Under the pieces are notes generated by a model. The model saw nothing but the letters and a program-made list of their open reading frames with translations, was not told the DNA's origin and searched no databases. Shown here piece by piece: positions 21,177-31,041 of a stretch of 64,000 nucleotides of DNA. The stretch spans positions 1 through 64,000 of the forward strand of contig OZ242180.1 in assembly GCA_965205485.1 (NCBI GenBank). The letters run 5' to 3'. Both the position numbers and the translations under genes were made by a program. How positions within the stretch are numbered: position 1 is the first letter of the stretch; each line of letters starts with the position of its first letter. Origin of the DNA: Candidatus Latescibacterota bacterium (GTDB lineage: Bacteria; Latescibacterota; UBA2968; GCA-2709665).

Positions 21177-21205
21177 AATATATCACACCGGCGCAATCTT
21201 GGCAA
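21177..21205 (-). promoter_or_regulatory. sigma70 promoter of groESL
   Basis: TTGCCA-17 nt-TATATT directly upstream of CIRCE. Confidence 0.75.
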
Positions 21206-21303
21206 GGAAAATCTGGCCGGTACACGAAAAAACACCGGGCATTCCGTGGAAGGCCCGGTGTGATTTTTTCTGCGGAATCGGGACGAAACAGGCCCGTGGT
21301 TCT

Positions 21304-21765
21304 TCATTTTTTCTTGTACAGCGCCTCGAACGCCCGCAACAGTTCCCGCGACTTCTTCACATGGGCCGTGTCGGTGGTCTGCTTGCATTTCATCGCCGAA
21401 ACGATCATCTGATGAAGCAGCGCGAGCTTGTCGGAATAAGCCTTGCCGGCGGCCGGATCGTCGTTCGCAGGCGCCTTGATGCGCTGCGCGAGAAAGTACT
21501 GCGCCACAATCTCACGAATCTGATCCGCGTGCATTTCCTTGTTATTGACCCACCGCGCCAGTTGGTTCGCGTTCTTGCCCGCTTCGGCCGAAAGCAGGAC
21601 AATCTGGTTCATGGATTTCTCAATGGTCTTCAGGTTTTCCTCTATAGCCGCGAACCGGGCCTCGTCGCCATAGATCCCGCAGGGGATTTCGCAGTGCGCG
21701 AACACGGGCCCGTGGAATGCCAACAGAAAAAGCGGAAGAAGAACCAACGAAAACGGACCTCTCAT
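21304..21765 (-). CDS. sodN: nickel superoxide dismutase precursor
   Basis: Ni-hook HCEIPCGIY after a hydrophobic leader ending VFA; NQLARWVNNKE, YF. Confidence 0.9.
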   Translation of the reverse strand: MRGPFSLVLLPLFLLAFHGPVFAHCEIPCGIYGDEARFAAIEENLKTIEKSMNQIVLLSAEAGKNANQLARWVNNKEMHADQIREIVAQYFLAQRIKAPANDDPAAGKAYSDKLALLHQMIVSAMKCKQTTDTAHVKKSRELLRAFEALYKKK

Positions 21766-22039
21766 AACGAAGCTCCTTTAGTGATATTTTTCAGGTACAG
21801 GGCGCGAAACACAATACGTCGGAGTGATCTGCCTTCTGACCTCCTTCTCTCGAGGTGGAAATTTCGGATTTTTACGCCCATTTATTTTTGATTTTCTGCC
21901 TGTTAACTTATATATTTAACGCGACCTCGGACGGTCGCTCGAAAATAAGGAATTGACGCCGCTGCATCAAGGAAATAGCGGCGGCGCATGCCTTTCAGGA
22001 GGGTTTGGAAATTTACCGCGATCGGGATGGATTGACGCC

Positions 22040-24205
22040 ATGTCCATAACCCGCGACCGGGTTCTGGATTTTATCCGAAGTGAATCCGGGCGCCCGCTCA
22101 GACCTCGCGAACTGAGCCGGGCATTGCGGGTGCCCGAAAACGACTATCGGCGATTTCGACGCCTGCTCGTCCAGCTCGAACGGGAAGGCGCCATCGTCCG
22201 GCTGCGAAACAACCGGTTCGGACCACCGGAGGGGCTCAATCTCGCAGCGGGTGTTCTCAGCGTCAACCCCGACGGGTTCGGCTTCGTGCGCCGGGATGAT
22301 GGGAACCCGGACATCTTTGTCGGTCCGGGGGGATTGCGGGGCGCGTTGCACGGCGACCGTGTCGTCGTCCGGATTTCCCGCGGGCGCGGCGGCAAACCCG
22401 AGGGCGAAATAAGCCGTGTGCTCGAACGCGGCGCCAGATCCATCGTGGGGATCTATCGCGCGGGAACCCGTTTCGGCTTCGTCGAACCGGACGATCCCCG
22501 ATTTCCGCGGGACCTCCACGTCTCCTCCGAAGATGCCGGAGCCGCGCGCGACGGCCAGCTGGTCGTTGTCCGGCTCCGGCCCTGGCTTCCCGGACATGCC
22601 AATCCAGAAGGCGAGGTCGTGGAAGTTCTGGGGCAACCCGGCGACCCGGGAATCGACACCCTTTCCATCGTCAAAGAGTACGACCTGCCCGTCGAGTTTC
22701 CCCCGCATGTACTCGCGGCCGCGGAGGCGTTTCCGGACCGGATTCCCCAGGCAGAAACCCTTAACCGGCTGGACCTGCGCCATCTCCACTGCGTTACCAT
22801 CGACCCTGAAGACGCCCGGGACCACGACGATGCGGTCTCTCTGGAAGATAGGCCGGACGGCGGATTCCGGCTGGGCGTACACATTGCCGACGTTGGCTAC
22901 TACGTCAAGGAAGGCGGCCCGCTGGACCACGAAGCCCTGGCGCGAGGGACCAGCGTCTACCTCGCGGACCGGGCGATTCCCATGTTGCCGGAGCGCCTCT
23001 CCGGACACCTGTGCTCCCTGCTTCCCGATAAGGACCGGCTTGCCGTCAGCGTACTGATCGACCTGGATGCGCACGGCCGGCCGCTGGAATCCCGGATCGC
23101 GACGTCCGTGGTCAGAAGCAGGGCCAGGCTTTCATACCGGCAGGCCCAGCAGTTTCTCAATGGAAGCCGGTCGTCCGATCCTGCGCCACACGTCGGCGTC
23201 CTGCGGAAGATGGACACGCTGCGAAGGTACATCACCGGCCGTCGAATGAAGCGGGGCGCGATCGATTTCAATATAGCCGAACCGCGTATCGTCGTGGATG
23301 GCACGGGCCGCGTCACCGAAATCCGCAGGAGCGAACGCCTTGACAGCCACCGGATTATCGAGGAGTTCATGCTGCTGGCCAACGAAACCGTTGCACGCCA
23401 TCTGCGAGACCGGAATCTGCCGGGTCTCTTCCGCATTCACGAAAAGCCGGACGCGCAAAGGCTTGCGGAATTCGCAGACACGGCCGCCGCCTTCGGGATG
23501 GGCTTTCCGCGGCGGGAACGGATCGCCGCTGCGGATATTCAGAAGTTCCTGGCCGCGGTCGAAGGAAAGCGTTTCGGGCAGGTGCTGAACGCCAGGTTGT
23601 TGCAGTCCATGAAGAAAGCTGTCTATTCACCGGACAACATCGGCCACTTCGGCCTCGCCTGCGACACCTACACCCACTTCACCTCCCCCATTCGACGATA
23701 CCCCGACCTGCTGGTCCATCGGCTCCTGAAAGAGGCCGCCGGGCTGACCGAAGAACGAAAGAACCGGCTCCGGGAACGACTCCCGGCGCTGGGCGACGTC
23801 GCAACCGGCAGGGAAGGCGTGGCTCAGGAGGCGGAAAGGGCGTCCGTCAAAGTCAAACAGATTCGCTTTCTGGAAGATCGCGTCGGCGACGCGTTCAACG
23901 CGGTTATCGTTGGCGTCCGGTCCATCGGATTCTTCGCGGAGCTCGACGACTACCTGATTGACGGGCTGGTCAGGGTCAGTTCGATCGGAGACGACTACTA
24001 CGTGTATCACGAAATCGAAGGCGTCCTGATTGGACAACGTACCGGCAGACGGTTCCGGCTGGGCGACCCGGTGGTCGTACAGCTGGTACGGGCGGACAGG
24101 AGATTCCGCCGGCTCGACTTTTTGTTGAAGGAAGGCGGTTCAAGGCCCGAACGGGGGCGTAACCGCAGGAGTCAATCCGCCAGACGCAGGCGACGCAGGC
24201 ACTGA
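22040..24205 (+). CDS. rnr: ribonuclease R
   Basis: N-terminal HTH and CSDs, TIDPEDARDHDDA, HFTSPIRRYPD, S1 domain, basic tail. Confidence 0.97.
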   Translation: MSITRDRVLDFIRSESGRPLRPRELSRALRVPENDYRRFRRLLVQLEREGAIVRLRNNRFGPPEGLNLAAGVLSVNPDGFGFVRRDDGNPDIFVGPGGLRGALHGDRVVVRISRGRGGKPEGEISRVLERGARSIVGIYRAGTRFGFVEPDDPRFPRDLHVSSEDAGAARDGQLVVVRLRPWLPGHANPEGEVVEVLGQPGDPGIDTLSIVKEYDLPVEFPPHVLAAAEAFPDRIPQAETLNRLDLRHLHCVTIDPEDARDHDDAVSLEDRPDGGFRLGVHIADVGYYVKEGGPLDHEALARGTSVYLADRAIPMLPERLSGHLCSLLPDKDRLAVSVLIDLDAHGRPLESRIATSVVRSRARLSYRQAQQFLNGSRSSDPAPHVGVLRKMDTLRRYITGRRMKRGAIDFNIAEPRIVVDGTGRVTEIRRSERLDSHRIIEEFMLLANETVARHLRDRNLPGLFRIHEKPDAQRLAEFADTAAAFGMGFPRRERIAAADIQKFLAAVEGKRFGQVLNARLLQSMKKAVYSPDNIGHFGLACDTYTHFTSPIRRYPDLLVHRLLKEAAGLTEERKNRLRERLPALGDVATGREGVAQEAERASVKVKQIRFLEDRVGDAFNAVIVGVRSIGFFAELDDYLIDGLVRVSSIGDDYYVYHEIEGVLIGQRTGRRFRLGDPVVVQLVRADRRFRRLDFLLKEGGSRPERGRNRRSQSARRRRRRH

Positions 24206-24220
24206 CCGACAGGAGGGCCG

Positions 24221-25633
24221 ATGGATCAGAGTGTCAAACATTTTTGCGGCATCTTCGGCATCTATGGGGACAGCGACGCGGCGAAACTGACCACGCTGGG
24301 CCTGCACGCCCTGCAGCACCGGGGTGAGGAGAGCAGCGGCATCGTTTCCGGAAACGGAGAATACCTGTTTCGCCATACCGAAATGGGGCAGGTTGCCGAC
24401 GTGTTCGCCGACGGGTCCGTTCTGGACCGGCTTCCGGGCCACCTGGCCATTGGGCACAATCGGTACTCCACCACCGGATCCGACACCCTCACCAACGCCC
24501 AGCCCTTTCTGGCGGAATGCCGGGACGCGTTTGTCGCCGTTGCGCACAACGGCAATCTCACCAATACCGCCGAACTCCGCAACGGGATGCAGGACGACGG
24601 CGCCATCTTCCAGACGACAACCGACAGCGAACTGATCCTGCACCTCGTCGCCAGATCCAGAGAAGAGAAGATGCCCGACCGGATTCTGGACGCTTTGCAG
24701 CAAATCGAGGGCGCGTATTCGCTCGTCCTTGCCACCGAAAACCGGTTATTCGCGGCGCGCGATCCCTTCGGATTCCGTCCATTGTGCCTGGGACAGCTGG
24801 GAGACGCCTGGATCGTCGCCTCCGAATCATGCGCGCTCGACATCATCTCGGCACGCTATATTCGGGACATCGAACCCGGCGAACTCATCATGATAGATTC
24901 GAACGGCCTGCGCGCCTTTACGACCGCGGAAGCCGATCGCCACGCATTCTGCATTTTCGAATACATCTATTTTTCGCGGCCCGACAGCATCATCTTCGGC
25001 GACAACGTGGACAAGACCCGGCGGCGGCTGGGCAGACAACTCGCCATAGAACAACCCGCCGTCGCGGACATCGTGATATCCGTGCCGGACTCCAGCAATA
25101 CCGCGGCGCTGGGTTACGCCAACCAGTCGGGCATCAAACACGAAATCGGCCTGATTCGCAACCACTACGTCGGACGCACGTTCATCACTCCCGGGCAGGA
25201 CAGTCGATCATCCAAGGTCCGCCTCAAATTCAACCCGGTCCGGGGCGTTCTGAACGGGAAACGGGTGGTTGTCGTGGAAGATTCGATTGTCCGGGGCACC
25301 ACCCTCAGACACCTGGTGCGAATGTTGCGTGAAGCGGGTGCCCGCCAGGTTCACGTGCGTGTGAGCTGCCCTCCCATTGTGGGTCCGTGCTTTTACGGAA
25401 TTGACTTTCAGACCGAAAAGGAACTGATCGCCAGCGCCAAGACCGTGGAGCAGATCCGCGAACATCTCGGCGTGGACAGCCTCGGCTATCTCTCGCTAGA
25501 CGGCATGCTCGGCGTGGCACCCAACTCCTCACTTCAGTATTGCACGGCCTGCTTTACGCAAGACTATCCGATTCCAATCGAACACGAGGCCGGCAAACTG
25601 CTCCTCGAAAAACGGACGGGCGATCTTTTCTGA
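24221..25633 (+). CDS. purF: amidophosphoribosyltransferase (short propeptide, Fe-S type)
   Basis: CGIFG after an 8-aa propeptide, QHRG, RYSTTG, DSIVRGTT, YCTACF. Confidence 0.97.
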   Translation: MDQSVKHFCGIFGIYGDSDAAKLTTLGLHALQHRGEESSGIVSGNGEYLFRHTEMGQVADVFADGSVLDRLPGHLAIGHNRYSTTGSDTLTNAQPFLAECRDAFVAVAHNGNLTNTAELRNGMQDDGAIFQTTTDSELILHLVARSREEKMPDRILDALQQIEGAYSLVLATENRLFAARDPFGFRPLCLGQLGDAWIVASESCALDIISARYIRDIEPGELIMIDSNGLRAFTTAEADRHAFCIFEYIYFSRPDSIIFGDNVDKTRRRLGRQLAIEQPAVADIVISVPDSSNTAALGYANQSGIKHEIGLIRNHYVGRTFITPGQDSRSSKVRLKFNPVRGVLNGKRVVVVEDSIVRGTTLRHLVRMLREAGARQVHVRVSCPPIVGPCFYGIDFQTEKELIASAKTVEQIREHLGVDSLGYLSLDGMLGVAPNSSLQYCTACFTQDYPIPIEHEAGKLLLEKRTGDLF

Positions 25634-25719
25634 TCCAAATCGTGAATCTGTCTGAATCCCCTTCCGTGCGGTCGCTCTTCCTGTCGGACAAACATCCTTC
25701 CGGATTCAACGCGTAGAAT

Positions 25720-27630
25720 ATGAACACACGTACAATTCTCATTCTCATCGGTCTCTCGGGCATTGCGGGTTGCGCCGCGCCCGGAAAGGCGGTCGATCCT
25801 CCCCTGCCCGAACCTCGCGGGACGGACTCCCGGGCGCTGGGTCATTTCATCGACGCCAAGAGGTATAAGATTGCAGGCCAGATTGAAGAAGCCGTTGAGT
25901 CGCTGAGAGCGGCCATTGCCATCGATTCCACCGCCGCCACGCTGTACAGTTCACTTGCTCGCAATCTGATCACTTTGAACCGCCTGGCCGAAGCAGGCGA
26001 AGCGGCACGAAAAGCCGTTCGGCTGGAACCCCGATCACCGGACCATCGATGGCTGCTGTACGACACCCTGGTCAAAGGACAGACGGATACCCTGCTGGCA
26101 ACGGCTCAACTCAGGGCCATCACACGCCTGAATCCCTCAGATTTCAGGGCTTATGCCCACCTGCTCCAGATCTACACGGCCGGACGGCAGCGTCAGGAGG
26201 TTCTCCGGGTACTGGACCGGGCTTCGTCGGTACCGACGTCGAATATCCGTTTCGACCTGTTGATCGCCGACGGGTATGAGCGGCTGAATCTGCCCGACAG
26301 GGCGGGCGGCATCTACCGCCGTATCCTGCATCGCGATCCGAAACAGGTGCAGATCTGGAATCGCCTTGGCGACCTGACGCTCGCCGGGGGCGACACGCTG
26401 GAGGCCGCAACGATATACCGTTCCGGTCTGGCGCATTTTCAACACCGATTGAACAAGACCACGGTCACGCTCTGGAAGAAGCTGATTGCAATCTACGATC
26501 GTGAAGACCATCTGGAAGCCCTGATTTCCGAAACGCCGCTCGATACGGTCTTTGTCGACCGTTTTTCCGTCCACCTCCCTCGCAGCATACCTGAGTCGGA
26601 CGCAGGGACCGATCTGGACACGCTGCGCCTTCGGCACACGGAAGCCCTTCTCAACCGTCTTATCCGGGAACTGCCCGAGCGACACGACCTGCTGGGGCGG
26701 AGGGCGTCGTTGCTGCTTTCCATGGATCGCCCCGAGGAGGCCCGGAAATCCTTCTTCAGGGCGATATCCATCAAATCCGATCCGATGTACAGCCTGGGCG
26801 TTGCTCATTCCTATCTGAACGAACGGGATTGGGACCCCGCCATCGGGATTCTCAACGGACTCCTCGGCGAGACACCGGCCGATTCCGAACTCTACGACCG
26901 TATCGTGTTCGATCTCGGGCGGGCGTACGCCTTGAGCAATCGCACGGCACAGGCGAGAAACGTCTACCGCCGGGCCGTTAACGACCGGCCGGAAGAGCTT
27001 CGCTTTCGACTGGCGATTGGCCGTACCTATCTGGCGGAGAAAGACTGGGAAGCCGCGATTCCGGAACTCGAAAGCCTTCTGAGCCGCCTCGAAGGCGAAA
27101 CCGAACTCCTGGAGGACGTATTATACGATCTGGGTCACGGTTATGAGCGCGCAGGCCGGTTCGAAAGCGCCGTCGCCGTATTCCAGCGCCTTCTTGCCAG
27201 GGCGCCCGACAACCACCAGGCGCTGAACTATCTCGGTTACATGTTCGCGGAAAAAGGCGTTCGCCTGGGGGAAGCGGAGAGTTATATCGAACGGGCGTTG
27301 AAGGGCGACCCGAAAAACGGCGCGTACCTGGACAGCATGGGATGGGTGTATTTTCAACAACAGCGTTACAGGGAAGCGATGCGGTTTCTCAAGCTTGCAT
27401 TGAAGGCCGAAGAAAGCAGGCTGAACGAGATTGAAATGGCGTTACGTACACCCGGCCAGCTTGAGAATCTGTCGATCATCCTGGATCACGTCGGCGATGC
27501 CGCCCGGGCTCTCGGCAACATCGACGAGGCCATCGAACACTGGCAGCGCGCGGCCGAACTGAACCCCGGCAACGAATCCATCCGGCGCAAACTCCAATCC
27601 GTCCGCACCAACAACGCAAGCGGACCCTGA
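25720..27630 (+). CDS. TPR-repeat lipoprotein
   Basis: Lipobox IAGC; many TPRs; ALNYLGY..AYLDSMGWV. Confidence 0.88.
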   Translation: MNTRTILILIGLSGIAGCAAPGKAVDPPLPEPRGTDSRALGHFIDAKRYKIAGQIEEAVESLRAAIAIDSTAATLYSSLARNLITLNRLAEAGEAARKAVRLEPRSPDHRWLLYDTLVKGQTDTLLATAQLRAITRLNPSDFRAYAHLLQIYTAGRQRQEVLRVLDRASSVPTSNIRFDLLIADGYERLNLPDRAGGIYRRILHRDPKQVQIWNRLGDLTLAGGDTLEAATIYRSGLAHFQHRLNKTTVTLWKKLIAIYDREDHLEALISETPLDTVFVDRFSVHLPRSIPESDAGTDLDTLRLRHTEALLNRLIRELPERHDLLGRRASLLLSMDRPEEARKSFFRAISIKSDPMYSLGVAHSYLNERDWDPAIGILNGLLGETPADSELYDRIVFDLGRAYALSNRTAQARNVYRRAVNDRPEELRFRLAIGRTYLAEKDWEAAIPELESLLSRLEGETELLEDVLYDLGHGYERAGRFESAVAVFQRLLARAPDNHQALNYLGYMFAEKGVRLGEAESYIERALKGDPKNGAYLDSMGWVYFQQQRYREAMRFLKLALKAEESRLNEIEMALRTPGQLENLSIILDHVGDAARALGNIDEAIEHWQRAAELNPGNESIRRKLQSVRTNNASGP

Positions 27631-27631
27631 A

Positions 27632-28429
27632 ATGGCACGTCAGCAGAGGTCCGGAACGCGTTCCATCGCGTCAAAACCTGCACTTTGTCTCTTCCTTATC
27701 GCGCTTTCCGGATGCGCCGCGTCCCTTTCCCGCCTCCCGGAAGTCGCACCTCTATCGACCCCCGCCGACCTGCTGCGCATCGTCTCCTCGAGGTCCCACA
27801 GCCTTCAGGACCTTGAGGTACGAGCCAAAATCAACATGCGTGTTGACGGCGTTAAACAGAACGGGGTTGTCGTATGCTTCCACCGGTCGCCCGACGCTCT
27901 GAAGATCGAGATGAAGGTGTTATTCAGCAGCGTACTCTCCGCGCTTGCCCGCGGCGACTCTCTTGCGGTATACCTGGCCAGAACCAACCACTACATGGTG
28001 GGTCCTTCGGAGGACGTGCTGCGCACCGTCACCGGAGTGGATCTCACGCCCTACGGCGCGCGCGAGGCGATATTGGGCCTCGTCAATCTTTCTCCTCTGA
28101 GTCTGCCGCGAATCGGCGAATATGCGATCCACCGCGACAGTCTTGTCGTGGAGATTATCGAACCGCTGTGGACGCGCCGCCTTCGTTTCGACCCCCGCAC
28201 GGCAGTCCTGCTCGAAGAACGGGTCTATTCGCCTGAGGGGATGTTGATTTCCCGCCGGATTCTCTCCGAATACCGGCTTCAGAACGGTGTCGCCCTTCCG
28301 CGCCGGATGGAGATCGTCCAGGGCAGCGACCGGATCCGGATTCACGTCATCAGCCGGAAAGTCAATTCCGGCGTTCCGGATCACAGGTTTAAACTGATAG
28401 TGCCCGGTGACGTCATTCGGATTGAATGA
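27632..28429 (+). CDS. lipoprotein of LolA/LolB-like fold (DUF4292-like)
   Basis: Lipobox LSGC; beta-rich; position after a TPR lipoprotein is typical. Confidence 0.6.
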   Translation: MARQQRSGTRSIASKPALCLFLIALSGCAASLSRLPEVAPLSTPADLLRIVSSRSHSLQDLEVRAKINMRVDGVKQNGVVVCFHRSPDALKIEMKVLFSSVLSALARGDSLAVYLARTNHYMVGPSEDVLRTVTGVDLTPYGAREAILGLVNLSPLSLPRIGEYAIHRDSLVVEIIEPLWTRRLRFDPRTAVLLEERVYSPEGMLISRRILSEYRLQNGVALPRRMEIVQGSDRIRIHVISRKVNSGVPDHRFKLIVPGDVIRIE

Positions 28430-28465
28430 CTCGGGACGAGATGCGGAAACGCCTCCTTGACACGT

Positions 28466-28595
28466 GGTCATTGAGCTTGTCGAAATGCCCGTGTACCTGG
28501 CCCACTTGGTCCTGTTTTGCGTCCCTTACCGCCCCTTCGACACCCCTCGACCCTTCGACAGGCTCAGGGACCGCAAGCTCAGGGAGCAACTCAGG
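28466..28595. repeat. REP-like repeat family D, copy 1
   Basis: ggtcattgagcttgtcgaaatgcccg ... cccttcgacaggctcaggga; inverted copy at 39794-39900. Confidence 0.8.
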
Positions 28596-28710
28596 TCGTA
28601 GGCGCCCTCCATAGACTGTCGGAGGGATAGCAGCCGAGTGATTCGGCGGCCGGGTTTCGGCAATCCATTTCCGGAACCAGCACCTTCCTCCTCTTTACTT
28701 CTGACGTTTT

Positions 28711-30951
28711 TCACTCCATCACCCGGAACAAAACGCGCCTCTCGTCCCCCTGACCCCCACTGTTCAAGTCCTTCAGTTCTACCGACAGGGCGTGCACTCC
28801 GGACGGCACCCTGTCCAGTTCAATCTGGAGATAGGTGAAGTCATCGGCCCGGTTGCCTTCGTAACGAACGGTCACCGCGGTCTCTCCCGTCTCGCTTTTG
28901 AACTTACGAAACATCCTTGATACCCTGTCTCGCTCGGCAGGAATGTACCTCACCTGATATTCGACGGGCCCGTCCTCCCGGACCGCTCCAATCCGCAAAC
29001 GCACTTTCCCGGGCGGTTCCGCAAGCGCCACGGCCTCGAATCTCCCGGGAACCACCTCGTTCTCTTCCGGCTGCCCGATCCGATAGGTCATCTCGTATTT
29101 CGTCCGTCCGAAATCATCCCGCGTCAGATTGTAGACCTCGAAATAGATATACATGGATTCCGACCGGTAGTACGTGTGCAGCGGATTCAACGCCACTCTC
29201 AAATCCTCCCGCCGCTCGGGAAACGGATCGTCCATCTCGATGCCGGTCGCCACCAGCAGGTCGCTCATCGCGGGCAGGGAATCCGCTGTTGCAAGAGCAA
29301 ACGTGTCTCTGAACGTCCCGATGGACCGCGTCCCAATGTCCTGCACCTCGGCGATGAGATGATAGTCCCCAGGTTCAACCAGCAGCGTGGACTTCGACAG
29401 AAGGTACCTTCCCCTGAGACTGTCGTCTCCCGCGTCCGCGAGCCGCCGGGTTGCGTACACGGCCCGCGAGACCTCATTCCAGGCGCCGTCAAACAAGAAG
29501 AGCCCGTCCTGCAGGTCGACGGCGCTCATTTCGGACATCCTCAGCCTCGCCTTGGCAATCGCATAAGCCACCTCGAGGCGAATCCTGCCGGCATCTCGAA
29601 ACGCGGCCGCCTGGTACGGCATGCTGTATTTCAGGTCGCGATAGGGATCCACGAATCGCTGCGGCGTCCGCTTGAGGACCCATTCTCCATAGGGAAAAAA
29701 CATAGAACTGACGTCGAAATACCACCCGTCCAGCCCGTTCCAGTTCCTGAACCGAAAGGAAAAGCCTTCATACGCCCACAGTTCGGTGTGCGCCTGAGCA
29801 GTTCGTCCCCGCTGGTCGACCTCGGGACGCGTTACATTCCGGCTGAGCGGTTCTCCGTATTTGATGTATACCCGACCCATTTCCGTCTGCCACCCCGCAA
29901 TTCCCTGCCTCGGCTTGCCGAACCGCAAATTGGCATAGGCCACCCGGCGATAGTGCTCCATTCTCCGTTCGTTCCGTTCCGTCAGCAGCAGCGGTTCCTG
30001 TCTTCGCCAGAACCGCTCCCTCTCGGAAGTGTCCACCCACTCGCCCCCGGCCTCCCGGGACTGAGAATCCGCTTCAGCTACGCGTGCCCGTTCCTCGTCG
30101 TCAGCGACGGTCTCCAGCGACTCGATGGTCGAACGTTCCTCCAGGTCCATTCCGTCGAGCGCCCGGACGTAAAAATCCCATGCCTTTTCCGGATATCCGC
30201 CGGTATGGTAGCCCAACCCGACGAACAACAGTGCGTCCTTGTCCGCGGGATACGCCTTCAACAGCGAGTTGGCGACGCTGACCAGCGCCCTTCCCGCAGC
30301 CGCGGGAGCGGATCTCATATCCTCCATATAGACCAGGCCCAATTGGTAATAGGCGTCCTTGAATCCCGGATCGTACTGGATGCTCTGCTCGAGATTCCGG
30401 ATCGCCAGCTCACGGTACTCGCGGGCGAAATGCCGCCACTCCAGCATCACGCTATGGCTATCCCCCTCCATGTCGATCATGTTCCAGTATTTCATAAAGT
30501 CCTTTACATAGTAAACTCCAAGGCCGAAGGCCGCCCGAGCGTTTCGCGGATCCCGCGCGAGGACTTGCTCATATTGTCTTTTCGCATTCGACAGGAACCC
30601 CTGCGTCCACATGAGATCGCCCAGCAGCGCCTGGTTTTCCCCATTTTCCGGATCCAGCCGGATTGCGCGCCGCAGGGATTTCTCGGCAATGCTCCTGGCA
30701 AGAGGCGTATTTTTAGAAATATGCAGCCTGGCGATTTCCACATGCGCCCGGACGTGGTTCTCATCCAGCGCCAGCACGCCACGCAACGCGCGGAGACTCT
30801 CTTCGGTCGAGACCCTTCCCAGCCGCTCGACCGCAATCCGGAAACGTTCTTCGGCCGTCTTCGGGTCGTTTTCAGACGCGAAAGCGCCGTTGCACCAGGC
30901 AAGCGCGCCGACGACCAGGCAAGCTGTCCCAGGTATGATCTTCACGTCCAA
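28711..30951 (-). CDS. TPR plus GWxTD-domain protein
   Basis: Signal peptide, TPRs, FWRRQEP..NERRMEHYRRVAYAN..GWQTEMGRVYIKYGEP. Confidence 0.88.
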   Translation of the reverse strand: MDVKIIPGTACLVVGALAWCNGAFASENDPKTAEERFRIAVERLGRVSTEESLRALRGVLALDENHVRAHVEIARLHISKNTPLARSIAEKSLRRAIRLDPENGENQALLGDLMWTQGFLSNAKRQYEQVLARDPRNARAAFGLGVYYVKDFMKYWNMIDMEGDSHSVMLEWRHFAREYRELAIRNLEQSIQYDPGFKDAYYQLGLVYMEDMRSAPAAAGRALVSVANSLLKAYPADKDALLFVGLGYHTGGYPEKAWDFYVRALDGMDLEERSTIESLETVADDEERARVAEADSQSREAGGEWVDTSERERFWRRQEPLLLTERNERRMEHYRRVAYANLRFGKPRQGIAGWQTEMGRVYIKYGEPLSRNVTRPEVDQRGRTAQAHTELWAYEGFSFRFRNWNGLDGWYFDVSSMFFPYGEWVLKRTPQRFVDPYRDLKYSMPYQAAAFRDAGRIRLEVAYAIAKARLRMSEMSAVDLQDGLFLFDGAWNEVSRAVYATRRLADAGDDSLRGRYLLSKSTLLVEPGDYHLIAEVQDIGTRSIGTFRDTFALATADSLPAMSDLLVATGIEMDDPFPERREDLRVALNPLHTYYRSESMYIYFEVYNLTRDDFGRTKYEMTYRIGQPEENEVVPGRFEAVALAEPPGKVRLRIGAVREDGPVEYQVRYIPAERDRVSRMFRKFKSETGETAVTVRYEGNRADDFTYLQIELDRVPSGVHALSVELKDLNSGGQGDERRVLFRVME

Positions 30952-31041
30952 TCCTCTAGTATCTTCGTAATCCGCAGTTTAATCGACTTTATCAACTTGC
31001 ATATATTCGAATTAACGTCCACACAGACATACGAATCCTGG

